This document shows, one piece after another, positions 57,597-64,000 of a stretch of DNA of 64,000 nucleotides. A program made the translations under genes and the position numbers. The stretch comes from a virus. Location of the stretch: positions 2,782 through 66,781 of the IMG/VR virus record IMGVR_UViG_3300028423_001110. One strand, written 5' to 3'. The notes below the pieces were generated by a model. The model was given only the letters and a program-made list of their open reading frames with translations. It did not search any database and was not told where the DNA came from. Numbering within the stretch: the stretch's first letter is position 1; each line of letters starts with the position of its first letter.

Positions 57597-58851
57597 CTTC
57601 GTAGTATGTAGTAACTCCGAACGGTGCTTCTGGTGCTCGACCGTATACTGAATGAATGAGGAATACAGTGTCACAGTAGTCGGAATCACCCCAGCTGTTC
57701 CACGGCATCCCATCCGTAAACATAATGAACTTCTTGGGCTGGATATCATGCTCCTTCATGTAGTTCCAGTTGCAGTCAAAGTCGGTTCCTCCGCCGCCCT
57801 TGATATCATATTCTGTAATATCGCGACCGTCGTCTGCTGAAAACTCGTCTTCGTTATAGACTTCAGTGTCAAAACACCACAGTTTAATGCGATAGTCTTC
57901 GTACTGATCCATGATGCCTTTGATTTCTGAAAGAAACACACGAGCCTGTTCGTCACCGATCGATCCACTCATGTCCAGCGCAATGCAGATATCAATTGTT
58001 TCGTCAAAGTTCTGACCAGGAAGAACAGCACCCATGTGCCAGCCCTTGCGAGACGGGCGAGCAAAAGTAAAATCGTTCTTAATAGTGCTCTGAATCTGCT
58101 GCTGAAGAATCTCACGCCAGTTCATCTTAGGCTCAGTAAGATCCTTAATCATTCGCTCAATTTCGCCAGGCACATTACCAGCACCTGCACCTTGCGCAGC
58201 AGATATCATGTTTTCTTTGATTTCATCTCGAATTTTTTCTAGTTCTTCGCGAGTGTATTTGGGACGACCTTTGCCGGCACCGTCCTTTTGTTTGTTTCCG
58301 GAACCGCTGCCTTCCTGTTCCTTCTCCCAGTCGACGTGCTCGTCGAGCATTTTGCCTAGCTCGTCAAGATCGATCTTGTCAGCCTGATCATACAGTTCGT
58401 CATAGATCTCTTCAGAAGTCCAGCCGTCGTATTTGTAGTCCTGGTAGATCTGAATGTCTGGCACATCGCCGATTTTGTCGCGTACGAGTGTGTTATTCAC
58501 CTTGTAGTCACAGGCAATGTTGTACAACTGCGGATTGCGCTCTTCACGACGAATGATATGATCAAAAACACAATGCAGAATCTCGTGTGCAATAACAAAC
58601 TCAATCTGCTTGGTAGTAAGCTTATTAAAAAACTGCGAGTTATAAAACAGATTGCGACCATCTGTGGCAGCAGTAGGGCACCAGCTATCACAAGGCTGAA
58701 CACGCAGACGAGTTGCCATGTTGCCAAACCAAGGATGACGAAGAAGTAGCCCAACACGAGCAGTAATTACTTTCTCTTTTACTTCATCCTGAAGAGCAGC
58801 AAGTGCTTCTTTGGAAAGTTCTTCGTGTTCAAGTAGAGTTTCGTCTGCCAC
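57589..58851 (-). CDS. HEXXH metallopeptidase-like plus vWA domain protein (DUF2201 type)
   Basis: TAATDG, AHEILH, N.ACD..N; vWA MIDAS DMSGS, GGGGT and FTDG. GTG start with AGGAG. Confidence 0.85.
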   Translation of the reverse strand: MADETLLEHEELSKEALAALQDEVKEKVITARVGLLLRHPWFGNMATRLRVQPCDSWCPTAATDGRNLFYNSQFFNKLTTKQIEFVIAHEILHCVFDHIIRREERNPQLYNIACDYKVNNTLVRDKIGDVPDIQIYQDYKYDGWTSEEIYDELYDQADKIDLDELGKMLDEHVDWEKEQEGSGSGNKQKDGAGKGRPKYTREELEKIRDEIKENMISAAQGAGAGNVPGEIERMIKDLTEPKMNWREILQQQIQSTIKNDFTFARPSRKGWHMGAVLPGQNFDETIDICIALDMSGSIGDEQARVFLSEIKGIMDQYEDYRIKLWCFDTEVYNEDEFSADDGRDITEYDIKGGGGTDFDCNWNYMKEHDIQPKKFIMFTDGMPWNSWGDSDYCDTVFLIHSVYGRAPEAPFGVTTYYEDA

Positions 58852-58880
58852 AGTGTTCTCCTAATTGCCAGTGTATGTAT

Positions 58881-58909
58881 ATAATACACAATTTTGAGGG
58901 ATTAGTCAA
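58881..58909 (-). promoter_or_regulatory. Sigma70-type promoter for the vWA gene
   Basis: Minus strand TTGACT-N17-TATTAT. Confidence 0.65.
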
Positions 58910-58910
58910 G

Positions 58911-58933
58911 AAAAGGGGCGAACGAATCGCCCC
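58911..58933 (-). terminator. Rho-independent terminator after the ATPase gene
   Basis: Minus strand GGGGCGA-TTCGT-TCGCCCC followed by TTTTCTT. Confidence 0.85.
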
Positions 58934-58938
58934 AATAA

Positions 58939-60255
58939 TTACGCCTTCTGAGCGGCTGTAATATACTTGCCATAGCGCTCGTGGAACTCGTCAAAGCACT
59001 CAATCGCGTCTGGATCAATAGGCAGACTGTACTGCGTCAGTGCCAGCTTGATACCCATGACAACTAACTCTGTCTCGAAATTATCCATTGAAAAGCGCAG
59101 AAAGTTGTTAACCTTGTCGTCAAACTTCTTGTCGCCTGCATCGCTGGCCTCTTTAAGCTCATAGCAGAGAGAAACTGTAAGAGAATACATTGCGGAAATT
59201 TCTTTTGTGTTGAGCTCAGTTACCTTGCCTTCAAGAATGTCACCAGGATTAGGCATCTGCGATGCAACCTTGCGATGTGCCATAAACTTAACAGCTAGAC
59301 CTTCTCCTACAGCACCTGACACAAGATCAGTGGTAGTGCTTTCGTCTAGTGAGTCCTCAAGCAGTTCGCTTACAAACGACCACGAACGAGGCGTTGCAAA
59401 CGAACGACTAGGCGACTTGGGATCGAAATCGTACAGATCCTTCTTGGAGAAAGTCAGATAACCTACAACATCCGTGTGAATGCTATTGTCAACAGCCCAC
59501 TGGAACCAATCGTCGAAGCTCACAGTCATTTCAAGGTGAACAAAGCGATTAGCCAACGGCGCTGGCATGCGATAGGTTACACCCTTGTCAGCCTCTCGGT
59601 TACCAGCAGCTACAATGTATACATTGTCAGGCAGAGTGTAAGTGCCAACCTTGCGATTGAGAATAAGCTGATAAGCAGCAGCCTGCACAGCCGGAGCAGC
59701 CGAATTCATTTCATCAAGAAACAGCACAATATTGTCATGCTGAGCGGCAAGCTCGTCGTCTGGAAGTTCAAGCGGCGGAGCCCAAACCATCTTGCCAATG
59801 TTGGAATCAAAGTAAGGAATACCCTTGATGTCAGTTGGCTCCCAAAGCGAAAGACGAACATCAATATCGTTTTTGGCATCCTGTCTTGCTAGAGCCTTGG
59901 AAATTCCATACTTTTTGATATCTCCAGAGAACATATGAAGTTCTAGTGCTTTCTTATCGTCCGTTACAGATATACTGCGTTTGCCTAGATAGTAAGGACA
60001 GTCGATAAAATTGTCCAGCCATATGATAATTTGAGTAATCATTGTCATATCGGGCGCGTAAGGCACTTCGTAAAATGACACGTCTAGGTCTTCTGTCATC
60101 ATTCTATAACCTTCGTCTGTAAGACGCATGCCCCCGATTTCTTTTAAACGAGGATTTTGCCACCATTCTGTAAGAGAAGATCGAATCGACAGACTATTTA
60201 CAGATTGGTCTAACTGTTTAAGAAAGATTTTTGTATAAGTTTCTTTTTTGGTCAT
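58939..60255 (-). CDS. Chimeric ORF: ~130-aa hypothetical protein fused to a MoxR-like AAA+ ATPase lacking Walker A
   Basis: IDVRLS..EPTD..G.P, Walker B LFLDEMN, sensor AAGN and Arg finger LANRF, TPRSW are present. No GxxGxGKS/T anywhere in the ORF. Confidence 0.75.
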   Translation of the reverse strand: MTKKETYTKIFLKQLDQSVNSLSIRSSLTEWWQNPRLKEIGGMRLTDEGYRMMTEDLDVSFYEVPYAPDMTMITQIIIWLDNFIDCPYYLGKRSISVTDDKKALELHMFSGDIKKYGISKALARQDAKNDIDVRLSLWEPTDIKGIPYFDSNIGKMVWAPPLELPDDELAAQHDNIVLFLDEMNSAAPAVQAAAYQLILNRKVGTYTLPDNVYIVAAGNREADKGVTYRMPAPLANRFVHLEMTVSFDDWFQWAVDNSIHTDVVGYLTFSKKDLYDFDPKSPSRSFATPRSWSFVSELLEDSLDESTTTDLVSGAVGEGLAVKFMAHRKVASQMPNPGDILEGKVTELNTKEISAMYSLTVSLCYELKEASDAGDKKFDDKVNNFLRFSMDNFETELVVMGIKLALTQYSLPIDPDAIECFDEFHERYGKYITAAQKA

Positions 60256-60548
60256 TCGTCGTCAAGCGAAATAACTTCGCCTTTTGTGAGTTTTACAACT
60301 TCGAACTCGTCTGTATTAAAAAGAGAATTTAACTTTTTTGCAAGATTAATTGCATGACCAGGATTGGAAAATGATACTTTTGGATATTTTGGTCCAGGAT
60401 AGTTAGTTAGCATATTAGCTGACTTAAGATTAAAAGGTTCGCCTTGATAAAATACTGCCCAAACACCTTCACTTTTTAAAATTTGTGTGTTTTTATATGT
60501 TTTCTTATCAACATGCTCAATTACAACAGTAGGTTTTGGACGACTCAT
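60252..60548 (-). CDS. Hypothetical protein (98 aa)
   Basis: AAGGA RBS; ATGA overlap with the next gene; MSRPKP...YPGPKY.K.SFSNPGHA. Confidence 0.75.
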   Translation of the reverse strand: MSRPKPTVVIEHVDKKTYKNTQILKSEGVWAVFYQGEPFNLKSANMLTNYPGPKYPKVSFSNPGHAINLAKKLNSLFNTDEFEVVKLTKGEVISLDDE

Positions 60549-60563
60549 TTGCGTATCCTTTTT

Positions 60564-60583
60564 ATTAACTACGCATATTTATC
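60564..60583 (-). promoter_or_regulatory. Late promoter GATAAATA overlapping 16-bp motif copy 3 (AATATGCGTAGTTAAT)
   Basis: Minus strand reads GATAAATATGCGTAGTTAAT. Confidence 0.55.
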
Positions 60584-60585
60584 TA

Positions 60586-60831
60586 TTACCAATCAGATCC
60601 GCCGTCCATTTTTATTTCAATTGATTCGTTTGTATTGCTATTATTTTCTAACAACAATTTTTCTAGATCGCCGTTGAGTCTTGCCAAAATTTCGCCTAGC
60701 GAAAAAGCAAGTCTTTTTGCGTTTTGAATGTCTATTTTAACTTCTTTTGCGCTACTTGCATCTGCACTTTTAACTTGCTGTAAAAACGCTTGAATAGAAG
60801 CAGTATTAATTGGTTCAATTTGACTTGACAT
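60586..60831 (-). CDS. Hypothetical protein (81 aa)
   Basis: Overlaps the upstream gene; GGA RBS. Confidence 0.7.
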   Translation of the reverse strand: MSSQIEPINTASIQAFLQQVKSADASSAKEVKIDIQNAKRLAFSLGEILARLNGDLEKLLLENNSNTNESIEIKMDGGSDW

Positions 60832-61279
60832 TTGATAATTCCATTTTTGCTTCTAGATCTGTTTTGAATGGTCCTTTATAACTATTCCTTTCTAATGTAA
60901 TTAATTTTGGACAAAAGCTTTTGACCCATCCCTTTTCAAATTTTATTACATAGTAGCCTGCACAATACAGGCTTCGCGATTTAGATGACTTTGTAAAAAG
61001 AGGTATTTTTCTTTTTACATCGTACATAGGATTGTGAGGGTAATAGGAAGTAGGAAAATTATAAACGTCGTATTCGATCTCTTTAACAGTTTCTTTTTCT
61101 CGCCAGTTTAGATCTTTTCCTAATTTTTTCTTGAGTTGTATTTCAGAATCAAAAAATCTAGTACCATCTTTATCGCTTAAAATATATTTGTCATCGCTAA
61201 GAGTAAGTGTACCAATTTTGATTCCTTTTTCTTCAACAATCCAAAATTTACCATTTAGAATTTCTTTAGCATCTGCCAT
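60815..61279 (-). CDS. Hypothetical protein (~154 aa)
   Basis: ATG at 61279 with a GAGGG RBS; KFWIVE...P.FTKS..S.S.YCAGYY...GP(F)KT. Confidence 0.7.
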   Translation of the reverse strand: MADAKEILNGKFWIVEEKGIKIGTLTLSDDKYILSDKDGTRFFDSEIQLKKKLGKDLNWREKETVKEIEYDVYNFPTSYYPHNPMYDVKRKIPLFTKSSKSRSLYCAGYYVIKFEKGWVKSFCPKLITLERNSYKGPFKTDLEAKMELSNVKSN

Positions 61280-61299
61280 TATTTTTTCCCTCATTTGTT

Positions 61300-62754
61300 T
61301 TATACATTACTTCTAAAATACTCTCTAATTAATTCCTTGTCGATTTTTATTCCATATTTAAACTTGTCTTTTTTTAAACATTCAAACTTAGATATTGATA
61401 TATTACGACTTTTGAATATTTTCTGCAATCTTTTAATTAAGCTATTTGTTAGTTTTAGTGCAGTTTTTTTGTTCATTTCTTCCCAAATTGCTAGGTATAG
61501 TTTGTTTTGAATTTTATCAGTAATTATAGAAAACTTTTCTTCAAATTCATATTCAAACTCAGACAGTATCTGTAGATTTATTTCAACACCGTTTATACGT
61601 ATTAAATCATTTCTTCCTTTGTGAAATAAAAAGTTATCTTTTTTCTGAAAAATGTCATTTGTCATAATAGTTTTATTATAAATCGGAAGTTCAGCAAAAA
61701 TATGACCATCTTTGTCAAAAGTTATGTTATAGAAATTATCTAGTTTAAAAAATCGATTAGAAGTAAAATCTTTTACATTTTCTAAACTAAGTGTTGATAA
61801 TAAAACAGGTCCGCTTGTTTCATTAGAACCAAAAATACTAACAAACTTTTTTACATAGCCCTCTTGAATTATATTTTTCCAGTCAGCAGGAATGTATGTA
61901 AGAAGACTAACCGTGAGGTGTGGCCATTTAATTTTCTTCTTTTTTGAGACTTGTAAAAATTTATTGATATTTTCTGTATATGGAAATATGATATTGCAAA
62001 TATCATAATCTTTTAACATTTCGATAAAATATTCTGGTTCTGCAATATTAAACCCGATTAAAAAGTGCTCTTTAACATCTTTGCTCATTAGAGTTGGTAG
62101 AAAATATACAGCCAAGCTACTACCATGATTTAGATTATTAGAATGAACACAGCTTCCGCTAAACATGGACGAATTTCTTTTACAAAGTTCATAGAGAAAT
62201 TCATGTGTATGTGTAACAATTTTAGGAGTATCAGTAGTTCCGCTGCTTGTGCAGACCATTAAAATATCGTCTTCGCTTGGTCTAATGTTTGAAATATCTT
62301 GTAATTTTTTTTTGTCTATTTTTTTAGGATTATACTGATTAATATTAAAAGATCTAGAAGAATGTTTACTAAAAAATATATGTTTAGGAGATTTTTTAAA
62401 TCTATGATTATCTAGATCGTATACAAATATGTCGATTGGTGAAAGAAGTCTTGTTTTTGGATCGTCATAGTTTTTTACAAAATCGTCATGTCTGCCATAG
62501 TCCACAATTACCACTTTTAAACTTAGCTCAAAAGCAGCAAAGCACAACGAAATATATTTTAAATCTGATTCTACAATTCCTATTAAAATTTTGTCCTGTT
62601 TTTTTGCACCGCATTCTTCTACTAAAAAATACTTCCAATAGTCGATATTTTTAGATAATTTTTCAAAATTAAATTTATCTAGATTGCCGTCGTTTGGTTC
62701 GATTATAGTTAAATTTGGATTAATAATATCTCGACTAATTGTTTTTTTAATCAT
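61300..62754 (-). CDS. ANL-superfamily adenylate-forming enzyme (acyl-CoA synthetase/AMP-binding-like)
   Basis: P-loop TSSGTTDTPK, FGSNETSG, TND and KGRNDLIRING. ATG at 62754 overlaps the rnh stop (ATGA). Confidence 0.75.
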   Translation of the reverse strand: MIKKTISRDIINPNLTIIEPNDGNLDKFNFEKLSKNIDYWKYFLVEECGAKKQDKILIGIVESDLKYISLCFAAFELSLKVVIVDYGRHDDFVKNYDDPKTRLLSPIDIFVYDLDNHRFKKSPKHIFFSKHSSRSFNINQYNPKKIDKKKLQDISNIRPSEDDILMVCTSSGTTDTPKIVTHTHEFLYELCKRNSSMFSGSCVHSNNLNHGSSLAVYFLPTLMSKDVKEHFLIGFNIAEPEYFIEMLKDYDICNIIFPYTENINKFLQVSKKKKIKWPHLTVSLLTYIPADWKNIIQEGYVKKFVSIFGSNETSGPVLLSTLSLENVKDFTSNRFFKLDNFYNITFDKDGHIFAELPIYNKTIMTNDIFQKKDNFLFHKGRNDLIRINGVEINLQILSEFEYEFEEKFSIITDKIQNKLYLAIWEEMNKKTALKLTNSLIKRLQKIFKSRNISISKFECLKKDKFKYGIKIDKELIREYFRSNV

Positions 62755-63734
62755 TTCGGATACCTCGCTGATAATGGTTTTGCAAATGTGGATGCCTGAT
62801 CTGCGATCTTCTGCATATCCCACTTTGCACAGAATTTCATAAGTCGTAAGCCTACCTGTGACACTGACTTAGACTCGATATTTTGTGTTTCACGGTCTAT
62901 GATTTCTCTAATCTCTGTAGGCTGTGCTGTTAGATCACAAAGAACCACGTTTCTATTATAGTCATCGATTACACGATGTTCGTCGCCTTTGTGATCTACC
63001 CAGCGCTGCAACATGAGGTTGTTCCAGTTAAAGCCTTTTGTGTGTTTATCATCAAACGCTTCGAATAGCCCAACTTTGTTCTTGGTGCCTTTCTTGCGAA
63101 CACCCGGATAGGCAGAGAATACATTGTCCGAAGTATCACCTCGCATACACTTTTCGAACAGCATCCATTCAGGATTAGGTGCAGGCTTCGGTTCTCCTGT
63201 TTTCTTATCTATAACAGGCTTTCCTTTGTCGTCAAAATATCCTTCGTGTGTTATAGTAGTAGAAGTAACTCCGTTGTATTGTTTTACATTTGGAGCAATT
63301 AACTGAGCAAAATCACCGTCTGTGGATATAATTACATGTTCGTCGTTGGGGTGATTTTGTACCCAGCCAGCAATTAAATCGTCGGCTTCTAGATTCTTGT
63401 GCTGTAATACAGAAACATTTGTTTTTTCGGTAAGAAAGGTTTTTAGTTCGTCAAAGATTTCCCAAAAAACTTTATCTTCTTCTTCTTCCTTTGCAGTCAT
63501 TGCTGCTCGTGCTTCTTTTCGATTTCTTTTGTAAGGCTCGTAGAAATCTTTACGCCACGACCTTCCTTCGAGACATACAACAGTATGATCCCCGTCAAAG
63601 TCGTCCCATGCTTTTTTTAAAGATGAAAGAGTAATATGAATGGCCATACCTACTTTTGTGTCAATGTCGCCTCGAACAACATGGCGACTGCGAAAAAAAA
63701 CATTTGCTAAGTCAATTAATAAATATGTGCTCAT
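62751..63734 (-). CDS. rnh: T4 RNase H-like 5'-3' exonuclease/flap endonuclease
   Basis: LLIDLAN, SWRK..Y..YK.NR, LEADDLIA, IISTDGDF.QL and GD.SDN motifs. Confidence 0.9.
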   Translation of the reverse strand: MSTYLLIDLANVFFRSRHVVRGDIDTKVGMAIHITLSSLKKAWDDFDGDHTVVCLEGRSWRKDFYEPYKRNRKEARAAMTAKEEEEDKVFWEIFDELKTFLTEKTNVSVLQHKNLEADDLIAGWVQNHPNDEHVIISTDGDFAQLIAPNVKQYNGVTSTTITHEGYFDDKGKPVIDKKTGEPKPAPNPEWMLFEKCMRGDTSDNVFSAYPGVRKKGTKNKVGLFEAFDDKHTKGFNWNNLMLQRWVDHKGDEHRVIDDYNRNVVLCDLTAQPTEIREIIDRETQNIESKSVSQVGLRLMKFCAKWDMQKIADQASTFAKPLSARYPK

Positions 63735-63853
63735 ACCGGTTCCAGTCCTAAACTTTCTGTTAGATCAAAGACATCGCAGCCTTCAAGTTCATATAGCATA
63801 GCATGTTTAGGCGTTAAAAGCAATAATTTATTATCTATAAGATATAGATGCAT
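63731..63853 (-). CDS. Small 40-aa ORF, translationally coupled at both ends
   Basis: MHLYLIDNKLLLLTPKHAMLYELEGCDVFDLTESLGLEPV. TGATG overlap with the upstream stop and ATGA overlap with the rnh start. Confidence 0.6.
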   Translation of the reverse strand: MHLYLIDNKLLLLTPKHAMLYELEGCDVFDLTESLGLEPV

Positions 63854-64000
63854 CAAGAAACTTCTGACCTTCCGTTATCGATCGGAGTTACATTAATATA
63901 TCCCATGCCTCTTTCTGTGTCAACACCTTCTTCTGCCAGCATTTGAGTTACAATAGTTCTAAACCAAGCATCCACAATCTCTTCGTTGGTTTCGCCTTTG
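63853..64000 (-). CDS. Hypothetical protein, C-terminal fragment
   Basis: Open frame from the window edge: ...KGETNEEIVDAWFRTIV...GRSEVS-stop. Confidence 0.65.
   Translation of the reverse strand, partial: KGETNEEIVDAWFRTIVTQMLAEEGVDTERGMGYINVTPIDNGRSEVS

Noticed and set aside
43534-62823. ORF-track N-terminal extensions (44214, 56541, 57749, 62823)
   Set aside because: They overlap neighbouring genes or promoters; internal starts at 44130, 56457, 57596 and 62754 have RBS or stop/start coupling support.
1-64000. Stop-codon reassignment, common in some large phages
   Set aside because: Code 11 gives dense, long ORFs (up to 5055 aa), and TAA, TAG (26831, 57589) and TGA (37526, 62751) all end genes at sensible junctions.
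1-64000. CRISPR array, tRNA or rRNA genes, IS elements
   Set aside because: Intergenic gaps are under about 100 bp; no spaced direct repeats, cloverleaf or transposase/integrase motifs were seen by eye.

Overview
A 64-kb, AT-rich fragment of a large T4-like (myovirus-type, probably jumbo) phage genome in the standard genetic code. From left to right it contains: (1) the start of a leftward sugar-metabolism operon led by a gp55-like late sigma factor; (2) a ~31.5-kb rightward baseplate/tail operon (gp53-, hub-, gp5-, gp25- and gp6-like genes, a 5055-aa giant virion protein, three paralogous fibre proteins); (3) a ~20-kb, strand-switching enzyme island right after the fibres, with glycosyltransferase-like genes, a UDP-sugar dehydrogenase, a DegT-type aminotransferase next to an amidinotransferase, four radical SAM enzymes, a methyltransferase, a GNAT and two SGNH-like proteins; (4) a further fibre gene, a GC-richer MoxR-ATPase/vWA-metallopeptidase pair whose ATPase lacks Walker A and is fused to an upstream gene, an ANL adenylating enzyme and a T4 RNase H-like nuclease. 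The most notable candidate system is a phage-encoded pathway that would build and tailor an unusual amino/guanidino glycan, possibly attached to the virion. Sigma70 promoters, TAAATA late promoters and a 16-bp motif in three intergenic copies are also visible. All family assignments come from motifs read by eye; no database search was run.
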